This document shows positions 47,504 through 55,772 of a stretch of 64,000 nt of DNA, in pieces. Positions within the stretch are counted from its first letter, which is position 1, and every line of letters starts with the position of its first letter. Source of the DNA: Thermoleophilaceae bacterium (GTDB lineage Bacteria > Actinomycetota > Thermoleophilia > Solirubrobacterales > Thermoleophilaceae); the NCBI GenBank assembly GCA_035630335.1, contig DASQKV010000053.1, positions 12,063-76,062 on the forward strand, read 5' to 3'. The position numbers were made by a program, and so were the translations under genes. Below the pieces are notes generated by a model. It had not been told where the DNA came from. It did no database searches and saw only the letters and a list, made by a program, of their open reading frames with translations.

Positions 47504-48413
47504 CTGCCGTGTCGCGCACCCCGGCCGGATGCGCGCCGCCCTCCACGGCGCTGTTCACGATCACCGTGCCGGTATCGCCGGCGAGCAGGGCCGGCACCGA
47601 CGCGCGGCCGATGGCGACTTGGTCGACGCCGTGCGCGAACGCCTCCTCGACGGCGCGTAGCTTCTTCAACATGCCGCCCTTGGCATGCGTGGCCAGCTGC
47701 TTCAAGTCGGCCCGCGTGGCGTGGCGGACCGGCTCGCCGTCGGCGAGCACCGCCTCGGCGTCCATGACGAGGACGAGCCGCTCGGCGCCACCGGCGCCCG
47801 CGATCGCCGCCGCGGCACGGTCGGCGTCGGTGTTGACGCGCGGGTGGTCGGGCGTCTTGGCAAGCGGCGTGACGACGACCGCGTCGTGCTCGGCGAGCAG
47901 GACGTCGAGGCGCGAGCAGTCGACCTCGCGGACGGGTCCGACGAGGTTCGTCAGCGGGACGAGCTCCTCGCCGACCCACCACATGTTCTGGCGCACCTCG
48001 GCGCGCAGCAGGCCCGACTCGGCGCCCTCGGCCTCCCCCACGTCGAGCCCGCGCTCGCGCAGGACCGCGGCGATCCGTCCGCGCAGCTCGCCGCTGACCC
48101 GAACGATCTGCTCGAGCACGGCCTCGGTCGTGTAGCGGCTGCGGAAGCCGTGCTTGTCGACGATGAAGTCGGGCTGGCCGTCCGGCGTCTCGGCGCTGAC
48201 CATCCGCGACCAGCCGTGGACGACGACCAACTTCGGCGGACCCGGGCCGCGAGCGTGGCCGTCGCCGCGAGCGCCGGCGCGGTCACCATCGCCATCGCCG
48301 GCTCGGCAGAGCTCCGCGAGCCGGTCCCACCACTCCGGCTCCAGCTCCTCCAGGCAGCTGCCACCGACCTTGACGACCAGCAGGCTCGGCCTCTCCAGCG
48401 GCCGCGGCGCCAT
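47496..48413 (-). CDS. lysZ: Amino-acid kinase family protein, LysZ/ArgB-like
   Basis: LLVVKVGGS and AKGGMLKKL. ATG 48413 overlaps the upstream TGA (ATGA). Contains a Gly/Asp/Arg-rich insertion (AGDGDGDRAGARGDGHARGPG). Confidence 0.85.
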   Translation of the reverse strand: MAPRPLERPSLLVVKVGGSCLEELEPEWWDRLAELCRAGDGDGDRAGARGDGHARGPGPPKLVVVHGWSRMVSAETPDGQPDFIVDKHGFRSRYTTEAVLEQIVRVSGELRGRIAAVLRERGLDVGEAEGAESGLLRAEVRQNMWWVGEELVPLTNLVGPVREVDCSRLDVLLAEHDAVVVTPLAKTPDHPRVNTDADRAAAAIAGAGGAERLVLVMDAEAVLADGEPVRHATRADLKQLATHAKGGMLKKLRAVEEAFAHGVDQVAIGRASVPALLAGDTGTVIVNSAVEGGAHPAGVRDTADG

Positions 48414-49558
48414 CAGACCGGGAACACCGGGAGCGCCTCGAGGCCCTGACGCTCGGGGAAGCCGAGCGCGACGTTGCAGGCCTGCAGCGCCTGGCCCGAC
48501 CCGCCCTTGACGAGGTTGTCGATCGCCGCGATCAGGACGAAGCGGCCGACGCTCTGGTCCACGAACGCCGCGACGTCGCAGAAGTTCGAGCCGACGACGG
48601 CCTTCGGGTCGGGCAGCGGCAGCGCCGAGCCGCGCCCGACCTGGACGCGGACGAAGTGCTCGTCGCGGTAGGTGCGGTGGTAGGCGCGGCGCAGCGTGCG
48701 CTCGTCGAGCTCGCCCTCGAAGAACGAGTAGAGGCCGACCGAGAGGCCGCGGACGAGGTCGACCCCGTAGGTGCTCATGCCGAGCCGCGGCGGGCTGCCG
48801 TTCGAGGCGACGCCGTGCTCGCCGAGCGCCTGGCGCACCTCGGGCACGTGGCGGTGCCCGCGCGGCGCGTAGGGCGCGACGACGTTCGCGCGCCAGGTGT
48901 GGGCGCCGGACTCGCGCAGCCGCGCGCCCGAGCCGGTCGAGCCCGACTTGCCGTCGACTGCGATCGCGTCGTAGGTGATCCCGTCGATCTCGCGCAGTGG
49001 CAGCGCGGCGAGCAGGATCGCGGTCGCGAAGCAGCCGGGCATCGCGATCACGCGCGCGTCGGCGAGCGCCGCCCGGTTGAGCTCGGGCAGCCCGTAGACC
49101 GCCTGCTCGGCGAGCTCCTGGTCGCGCTCGACGTCCGGATACCACTCGCGGTGGCGCTCGGGGTCGCGCAGGCGGTAGGCGGGGCTGAGGTCGATCACCA
49201 GCTCGGCGCCGGCGTCGAGCAGCTCGGGCACGGCGCGACCGGCGGTCTCGGGTGGGGTCGCGACGAACACGACGTCGCAGCGCTTCGCCGCCGACGCGGC
49301 GTCGAAGGCCTCGAAGTCCCCGAGCCCGGCGTCCTTGAGGTGCGGGTTGAGCTCGGTCGCCGGGCGGCCCGCCTTCGACTGCGCGCTGACGTACTCGATC
49401 TCGAGCCCCGGGTGGCCGAGCAGCAGCCGCAGCAGCTCGCCGCCGAGGATCCCGCTCGCGCCGACGACGCCGACCCGCTTCGTCGCCTGCGCTCCCTGCC
49501 CGGCCTCGGCCCCGGCCGCGCCGGATCGAACCGCCTGTGTCGCGTCGGCCCCGCCCAT
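48413..49558 (-). CDS. lysY: N-acyl-gamma-glutamyl/aminoadipyl-phosphate reductase, LysY/ArgC-like
   Basis: VGVVGASGILGGELLRLL (NAD fold). Active-site AMPGCFATA. ATGA overlap at 49558. Confidence 0.9.
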   Translation of the reverse strand: MGGADATQAVRSGAAGAEAGQGAQATKRVGVVGASGILGGELLRLLLGHPGLEIEYVSAQSKAGRPATELNPHLKDAGLGDFEAFDAASAAKRCDVVFVATPPETAGRAVPELLDAGAELVIDLSPAYRLRDPERHREWYPDVERDQELAEQAVYGLPELNRAALADARVIAMPGCFATAILLAALPLREIDGITYDAIAVDGKSGSTGSGARLRESGAHTWRANVVAPYAPRGHRHVPEVRQALGEHGVASNGSPPRLGMSTYGVDLVRGLSVGLYSFFEGELDERTLRRAYHRTYRDEHFVRVQVGRGSALPLPDPKAVVGSNFCDVAAFVDQSVGRFVLIAAIDNLVKGGSGQALQACNVALGFPERQGLEALPVFPV

Positions 49559-50451
49559 CACCGCACCTGGAGGCCGAGCGCGTGCGTTGCGATCAGGTCC
49601 GCGACGTCGATGCCGGTCGCCTCGGTCACGCCCCTGAACAGCGGCGAGTGGTTGACCTCGCCGACGATCAGCTCGCCGTCCCAGCGGAACAGGTCGAGCC
49701 CGAAGACGCGCGCGCCGATCCGCTCGCCGACCTCGGCCGTGATCGTGCGGATCTTGTCGTCGATCTCGATCGGCTGGCCCTCGGCGCCGAGCTCGATGTT
49801 CGCGCGCCAGTCCGAGGTCGGGACCCGCTCCATCGCCGCGACCGGCTCGTCGTCGATCGCCAGCACGCGCACGTCGCTGGCACCCTCGAGGTACGGCTGG
49901 GCGATCAGCGCGCGGTCGAAGTTCTGGCCGTAGTGCTCGACGTAGTCGTAGATGCTGTCGGCGATCGACAGGTCGCGGACCAGCAGGACCCTCCGGCCGA
50001 GCCCGCCGTAGACCGGCTTGACCACCATCGGCACGCCGAATATCTCCGCCGCCGAGGCGAGGTCGCGCCGGGTCAGCACGAGCCGGTACGGCACCGTCGC
50101 GATCCCGACCTGACGCAGCGTCGCGAGCGTCGAGACCTTGTTCGAGCACGTCGCGATCACGCGCGCCGAGTTGATCACGCTGCGGTCGTCGTCGCTGGCG
50201 ATCGACTCCGCGATCAGCGGCCCGCGCACGAACGAGCGGCTGCGGACGAGGTAGGCGCCGGCCTCGGGCAGGTCCTCGCGGCTGCCGCAGCAGAGGTCGC
50301 CGTCGTCGAGCCACTCGGCGCGCGCGCCGTGGTTGCGCGCGGCCGCGACGATCGCCTTCTCCTCCCAGCCGAGCCGGTCGGCGATCACCGCCATGTCGAG
50401 CCGGTCGCGCTCTCGGTTGGGGTCGGGCACGAGCGAGAGGTGGATGCTCAC
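49558..50451 (-). CDS. lysX: RimK/LysX-type ATP-grasp ligase
   Basis: MAVIADRLGWEEKAIVAAA, VVKPVYGGLGRRV, DWRANIELG, GEVNHSP. Start is either GTG 50451 (GTGA overlap) or ATG 50394. Confidence 0.85.
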   Translation of the reverse strand: MSIHLSLVPDPNRERDRLDMAVIADRLGWEEKAIVAAARNHGARAEWLDDGDLCCGSREDLPEAGAYLVRSRSFVRGPLIAESIASDDDRSVINSARVIATCSNKVSTLATLRQVGIATVPYRLVLTRRDLASAAEIFGVPMVVKPVYGGLGRRVLLVRDLSIADSIYDYVEHYGQNFDRALIAQPYLEGASDVRVLAIDDEPVAAMERVPTSDWRANIELGAEGQPIEIDDKIRTITAEVGERIGARVFGLDLFRWDGELIVGEVNHSPLFRGVTEATGIDVADLIATHALGLQVR

Positions 50452-51758
50452 GGCACGAGGCTCGTGGTCAGGAGGTCCTCGACGCGCTGGCGGCGCTCGA
50501 CCACGCGGCTCTCGCCGTCCTTGACGAACACGACCGGCGGGCGCAGGAAGCCCATGTAGTTGCTCGACATGTTCACCGTGTAGGCGCCGGTGGTCTGGAC
50601 GGCGAGCACGTCGCCGGTGCGCATCTCGGGCAGCATTCGGTCGGGGAAGAGGATGTCGGGCTCGGAGTGGCGGCCGCAGATCGTCACGCGCATCGCGGGG
50701 TCGCCGAACGGGTCGCGCGCGAGCTTGACCTCGTGGTGGGCGCTGTACATCAGGTGGCGCGGGTTGTCGGACAGCCCGCCGTCGACGATGACGAAGTGGA
50801 TGCCCTCCGCGCCGGGCGGGCCGGCGGGCTTGATCGGCCCGACGGTGTAGAGCATCAGGCCGCTCTCGGCGACCACCGAGCGGCCGGGCTCGATCCCGAG
50901 TCGCACGTCCTCGGCGCACAGCGGCGCGACCTCGTCGGCGAACGTGCCGGCGATGGCATCGGCCCACTCCGCGGCCGGCGGGGGAGCGTCGGTCGGGTAG
51001 TAGCGCACGGCGCGCCCGCCGCCGGCGACGATCCGCCGCGGGCGGAAGTCGGGATGGCGCTGCTGGGCGGCCGCGAGCACCTCGCCGACGCGGCGCATCG
51101 CCTGGCGGTAGGGGTCGAACTCGTGCAGCTGCGAGCTGAGGTGGAAGTGGATCCCGTCGAGCCGCAGCGCGGGCTCCGACAGCGCGCGGTCGATCGCCAT
51201 CGCGGCGAAGCCGTGCTCGATCGAGAGGCCGAACTTGGTGTCGTCGCCGACGGTGGTGAAGTGCGGGTTCTCCAGCCCGGTGACGGTCGGGTTGATCCGC
51301 ACCAGCACCGGCTGGAGGCGTCCCAGCCGCTCGGCGACACGCGCGATCAGCGAGATCTCGGCGAGGTTGTCGATCACGATCACGCCGCAGTCGGCGTCGA
51401 TCGCGAACTCGAGGTCGGCCTCCTTCTTGAACGTGCCGTGGTAGGTGAGCAGCTCGGGCGGGCAGCCCGACTGCAGGGCCATGTTCATCTCCCCGACCGA
51501 GACGACCTCGAGCCCGAGCCCCTCGGACAGGGCGAGCTCCATCATCGCCGGCGCCGTGAACGCCTTGCACGCGAACGAGACGTCGACGCGCGGCCAGCGG
51601 CGCTCGAACTCCTCGACGTAGGCGCGGCACATCCTGCGGATCTCCGCCTCGTCATAGATGTAGCTCGGGGTTCCGTGCTCCTCGGCGAGCTCCACCGTCG
51701 AACACCCTCCAACCCATAGAGCCCCATCCCCTCCTACCTCCTGGGTACCCAAAAGCAT
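50448..51758 (-). CDS. Orn/DAP/Arg decarboxylase family 2 enzyme (LysA-like)
   Basis: HGTPSYIYDE, PLP-Lys motif SFACKAF, TICGRHSEPDIL. Start is ATG 51758 or GTG 51695, which has a better SD (ggaggg). Confidence 0.85.
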   Translation of the reverse strand: MLLGTQEVGGDGALWVGGCSTVELAEEHGTPSYIYDEAEIRRMCRAYVEEFERRWPRVDVSFACKAFTAPAMMELALSEGLGLEVVSVGEMNMALQSGCPPELLTYHGTFKKEADLEFAIDADCGVIVIDNLAEISLIARVAERLGRLQPVLVRINPTVTGLENPHFTTVGDDTKFGLSIEHGFAAMAIDRALSEPALRLDGIHFHLSSQLHEFDPYRQAMRRVGEVLAAAQQRHPDFRPRRIVAGGGRAVRYYPTDAPPPAAEWADAIAGTFADEVAPLCAEDVRLGIEPGRSVVAESGLMLYTVGPIKPAGPPGAEGIHFVIVDGGLSDNPRHLMYSAHHEVKLARDPFGDPAMRVTICGRHSEPDILFPDRMLPEMRTGDVLAVQTTGAYTVNMSSNYMGFLRPPVVFVKDGESRVVERRQRVEDLLTTSLVP

Positions 51759-51965
51759 GGGCCGCCAAAGTACACCATCGTTCTCAACCGCGGGCGGAAT
51801 TAAGGCGAATGCACCACAATCGGTCAGGCCGCCCGGCGATCAGGGTCACGGATATCTCCCACTAGGCACCGCTGGGGGCAAGTGCTAGGATCGCCGCCAC
51901 GGCGCCGCTGGAGGGAGCGCCGAGAAATCCGTACGTGCGCACACGGTGCGCTGGAGGGAAGCGAT

Positions 51966-53150
51966 ATGGATGACGTCGGAGGCCGCGGCGCGGCCCTCGC
52001 CAGTCCGAAGATCTCAGATGCGACGCTGCGCGACACGGCCCACATGGCCGGCGTCGCCTTCGACGTCGACGACGCGCGGGTCCTCGCGGGCCTGCTGTGC
52101 GACGTGGGCGTCGACATCGTCGAGGCGGGAATCGTCTCGGCGAACGACCGCAGCGAGGTGCCGCTCGTCCAGGCCGTCGTTGACGTCGCCGGGCGCGAGC
52201 GGACCAAGACGGTGATCCTCGCGCGCTCGCGCAAGCAGGTCGAGGCCGACCTCGACGCCGCGCTCGAGACGGGCGCCGGCAACGTGATGCTGTCGATCCC
52301 GACCTCGCCGACGCACGCGCTGCTGAAGCTCGGCACCGACAGTCGCCAGCGGATCGTCATGCTCGCGCGGCGCACGATCGAGGCCGCCGCCGCGGTTGGG
52401 CTCTCGGTGACGTTCACCGCCGAGGACGGGGCGCGGACCGATCCCGCGTTCCTCGAGGAGTACGTCGCCGCCGGCGCCGAGGCCGGCGCCGACCGCTTCC
52501 GCCTCGCGGAGACGGTGTCCTCGCTCGCCCCGCGCGACGTCGAGTCGCTGATCGCGCGGCTGGTCGCTGTCTCCGGCGACACCGAGGTCGAGATGCACTC
52601 GCACAACATGCTCGGCCTGTCGGTGGCGAACACGCTCGCCGCCGTCGATGCGGGCGCGGCCTGGGTGTCGTGCACGATCGACGGGCTCGGCGAGCGCGGC
52701 GGCAACACGCCGCTGGCCGAGGTCCTCTGCGTGCTGCACGTCCTGCGCGGAGTCGACCGCTACAACCTGCAGCCGCTGACCGAGCTGTCGCGCGAGGCCG
52801 CCGCCCGCGCCGGCCTGCGCTCGAGCGCCACCACCGGCCCGACGGCCGAGCTGAGCTACCAGTACGAGATCCCCGGCCAGGTGCGCAACCCGGGCGCGTT
52901 CGAACTGCTCAAGCCCGAGACGGTGGGCAACACGCGCGGCGTGCGGATCGGATCCCGGCTCAAGCCCTCGCTGCTGGAGGCGTTCCTCTCGCCGGAGACG
53001 CTCGACGGCGTCGACGTCGAGGAGGTCACCGACCGTATCCGCGAGAGCGCTCCGCACGACAAGCACGTCTGGGACCTCGAGACGCTCGACGAGCTCGTGC
53101 GCGCACACCGTCGCGAGCAGCAGGCGTCGCCCCCGACGTCAGTCCGGTAA
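51966..53150 (+). CDS. HMGL-like (homocitrate/isopropylmalate/citramalate synthase family) enzyme with a variant N-terminal motif
   Basis: SD ggaggg precedes ATG 51966. ISDATLRDTAHMAGV sits where this family normally has D.TLRDGEQ. HSHNMLGLSVANTLAAVDAGAAWVSCTIDGLGERGGNTPLAEV is the canonical family motif. Confidence 0.8.
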   Translation: MDDVGGRGAALASPKISDATLRDTAHMAGVAFDVDDARVLAGLLCDVGVDIVEAGIVSANDRSEVPLVQAVVDVAGRERTKTVILARSRKQVEADLDAALETGAGNVMLSIPTSPTHALLKLGTDSRQRIVMLARRTIEAAAAVGLSVTFTAEDGARTDPAFLEEYVAAGAEAGADRFRLAETVSSLAPRDVESLIARLVAVSGDTEVEMHSHNMLGLSVANTLAAVDAGAAWVSCTIDGLGERGGNTPLAEVLCVLHVLRGVDRYNLQPLTELSREAAARAGLRSSATTGPTAELSYQYEIPGQVRNPGAFELLKPETVGNTRGVRIGSRLKPSLLEAFLSPETLDGVDVEEVTDRIRESAPHDKHVWDLETLDELVRAHRREQQASPPTSVR

Positions 53151-53182
53151 CCGAACCCAACCCTGGAAGCGGAGGTAGCTGA

Positions 53183-53353
53183 ATGCAAGGCATCTGTCCC
53201 GAGTGCGAGTTCGACTTCACCACTCCCGAGCTGGAGACCGGCGAGACGATCGTCTGTCGCGAGTGTCAGCTGACGCTCCAGGTCCGCGGCCAGGAGGGCG
53301 AGGTCCTCGTGCTCGAGCCGGTCGAGGCCAGCCTCAGCGACTGGGGCGAGTGA
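53183..53353 (+). CDS. lysW: LysW-type amino-group carrier protein (56 aa)
   Basis: Not in the ORF track because it is under 60 aa. SD ggaggt 6 nt upstream. MQGICPECEFDFTTPELETGETIVCRECQLTLQVRGQEGEVLVLEPVEASLSDWGE. It has a CxxC...CxxC zinc ribbon and the hallmark C-terminal DWGE. I translated it codon by codon, in frame to the TGA at 53351-53353. Confidence 0.85.
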   Translation: MQGICPECEFDFTTPELETGETIVCRECQLTLQVRGQEGEVLVLEPVEASLSDWGE

Positions 53354-53363
53354 ACCGGCCGCG

Positions 53364-55772
53364 ATGCCGGAGAGCCGCCCAGCCGAGGCTGCGCAGATGA
53401 ACGCCGGCTACGACCCCGCGGCCGTCGAGGCGCGGCGCCAGCGCGAGTGGCGCGAGCGCGACGCCTTCCGCACGCCGCCTCCGACAGAGGGCCGGCCCGA
53501 CGCCTACGTCAAGGCGGTCTGCCCGTTCACCTCGGGCCACATCCACGTCGGCCACGTGCGCAGCTACACGATCGCGGACGCCTACGCCCGCTACCGCCGC
53601 ATGCGCGGCGACGCGGTGCTGTTCTCGATCGGCTTCGACGCCTTCGGCCTGCCGGCCGAGCTGGCGGCGATCGCCAACGAGGAGCCGCCGGCGGACTGGG
53701 TCCAGCGCTCCTACGAGCACATGCTGACCCAGTTCGAGCGGATGGGCTTCTCGTTCGACTGGGAGCGGGTGTTCGTGAGCTCCGACGAGGAGCAGTACCG
53801 CTGGTCGCAGTGGCTGTTCCTCGCGTTCCTCGAGGCGGGGATGCTGTATCGGGAGGACGCGAACGTCGACTGGTGCGAGCAGTGCGAGACGACGCTGGCG
53901 TCGCTGCAGGTCGAGGACGGGCGCTGCTGGCGCTGCCACGGGCCGGTGCGGCTGATCCGGCGCAAGCAGTGGTTCCTGCGGATCAGCGCGTACCTCGAGC
54001 AGAACGAGCGCGGGATCGAGGCGCATGCGGAGAAGTGGGACAAGCCGGCGCTGACCGCACAGCGGGCGATCCTGGGGCGGGTCGACGGCGTGGAGGTGGT
54101 GCTGCACGGCGCCGATGCGATCGAGCCGGCCGGCGGCGAGCCGCTCGACGGCGACGGCACCGAGGCCGACCTTCCCCGCGACGGGGCCGGGTCGGCGCCG
54201 CCAGGCGAGCGCCGCCGCTCGCTGGTCGCGTTCACCGAGCACCCCGACGCGATCGGGCAGGCACGCTTCGTGATGATGTCGCCGCGCTACGCGGAGCTGG
54301 AGTCGTGGGTCGGGGACAGCGACGTGCTGCGCGAGCTGGAGGAGATTCGCCAGGGCGGCTGGCAGCGGGGAGACCGTACGGCCGACAGCGTGCCGGCGGT
54401 GCACACCGGCGTGACGGTGACCGCGCCAAACGGCGCCGAGCTGCCGATCGTGCTCTCGCCGGCGGTCGACGGGCGCTACGGGCCGACGGTCGTGCTCGGG
54501 ATCCCGGCGGCCGACGAGAGCGACGGGGTGATCGCGCGGCGGCTCGAGCTCGAGCGCCCCCAGCCGAGCGCGGCGACGTCGCGCAACGGCACGCCGCCCC
54601 AGCCCGCCGTCCGCTACCGCGCCGGCGACTTCGCGATCTCGCGCCAGCGCTCCTGGGGCGCGCCGATACCGATGGTCCACTGCGACAGCTGCGGCATGGT
54701 GCCGGTACCAGCCGAGGACCTGCCGGTGCGGCTGCCGCGCGACCTCACGCCGACCGGTCGCGGCAACCCGCTCGCCGAGCGCGAGGACTTCCTCGCGGTG
54801 GCGTGCCCGCGCTGCGGCGAGCCCGCCCGGCGCGAGACCGACACGCTCGACTGTCACTTCGACGACCTCTGGATGTGGCTGCCGACCTGCGTGCCGAAGG
54901 CCGACCGCGCGCGTGAGATGTTCACCCACCCCGAGTGCGAGCGCTGGCTGCCGGGCGCGATGCTGATCCACGGCGCCGACGGCGGCGGCTACTTCTTCGA
55001 CCAGCGGATCACGACCAAGGCGCTACGCGACATCGGCCCGCTGGCGCACATCGAGGACGGCGAGCAGTTCACGGGCGCGGTGATGCACGAGATGGTCACC
55101 CAGGACGGCCGCAAGATGAGCAAGCACCTCGGCAACGTCGTCGATCCCGACGAGCTGATGAACCGCGTCGGCGCGGACACCACGCGGCTGGCGGTCCTGT
55201 ACGGCGCGCGGCCGTCGCGGCCGCTGAACTGGACCGAGAACGCGGTGCAGTACTGCGGCAAGTTCCTGCGCGAGCTGTGGGAGTTCGCGGCCGAGCGGCT
55301 GCCGGGGCCGGAGGGCGGTGCTGCGAGCGAGGGCGACGAGGGCGTGGACGGTGCTCGCGGCAGTGGAGACGATGCGGCCGGCGGAAGCGCAGCCACTGGC
55401 GGCGGCCAGACGGGCGGCGGCGATTCCGGGGCCCAGGCGCGCCGCGAGAAGCTCGAGGGCTGGTGCGCGACTGCGGCGGAGAAGGTGACCGAGGAGCTCG
55501 ACCAGGTCGAGCTCCAGCGCGCCGTCAAGAACATGATGCGCCTCTTCGACCGGATCAAGGACTTCGAGGCGCGCGCTACCCGCGCCAACCGCGGCCAGCT
55601 CGCCGAGGCCGACGCCCGCGCCGTCGCCGACGCCCTCGCGATGCTCGCGCAGCTCCTAGCCCCCTTCGCCCCGCACGTCGCCGAGGAGATCTGGATCGCC
55701 TCGGGTCGCGGCGACTCCTCCGGCACAGACATCCCGTGGCCCGCGGTCCGCTCGCCGGCGCTGAGCGCTTAG
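53364..55772 (+). CDS. leuS: Leucyl-tRNA synthetase
   Basis: HIGH region FTSGHIHVGHVRSY. KMSKS region GRKMSKHLGNVVDP. Zinc motifs CEQCE..CWRCH and CDSCG..CPRCG. Start is ATG 53364 or 53397, only 10 nt after the lysW stop. Confidence 0.9.
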   Translation: MPESRPAEAAQMNAGYDPAAVEARRQREWRERDAFRTPPPTEGRPDAYVKAVCPFTSGHIHVGHVRSYTIADAYARYRRMRGDAVLFSIGFDAFGLPAELAAIANEEPPADWVQRSYEHMLTQFERMGFSFDWERVFVSSDEEQYRWSQWLFLAFLEAGMLYREDANVDWCEQCETTLASLQVEDGRCWRCHGPVRLIRRKQWFLRISAYLEQNERGIEAHAEKWDKPALTAQRAILGRVDGVEVVLHGADAIEPAGGEPLDGDGTEADLPRDGAGSAPPGERRRSLVAFTEHPDAIGQARFVMMSPRYAELESWVGDSDVLRELEEIRQGGWQRGDRTADSVPAVHTGVTVTAPNGAELPIVLSPAVDGRYGPTVVLGIPAADESDGVIARRLELERPQPSAATSRNGTPPQPAVRYRAGDFAISRQRSWGAPIPMVHCDSCGMVPVPAEDLPVRLPRDLTPTGRGNPLAEREDFLAVACPRCGEPARRETDTLDCHFDDLWMWLPTCVPKADRAREMFTHPECERWLPGAMLIHGADGGGYFFDQRITTKALRDIGPLAHIEDGEQFTGAVMHEMVTQDGRKMSKHLGNVVDPDELMNRVGADTTRLAVLYGARPSRPLNWTENAVQYCGKFLRELWEFAAERLPGPEGGAASEGDEGVDGARGSGDDAAGGSAATGGGQTGGGDSGAQARREKLEGWCATAAEKVTEELDQVELQRAVKNMMRLFDRIKDFEARATRANRGQLAEADARAVADALAMLAQLLAPFAPHVAEEIWIASGRGDSSGTDIPWPAVRSPALSA

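Noticed and set aside
51882-51965. The GTG 51882 start for the HMGL-like gene, which would add a 28-aa N-terminal extension.
   Set aside because: The extension is Arg-rich (PPRRRWRERREIR). ATG 51966 has a well-placed GGAGGG and gives the normal distance to the D.TLRD motif.
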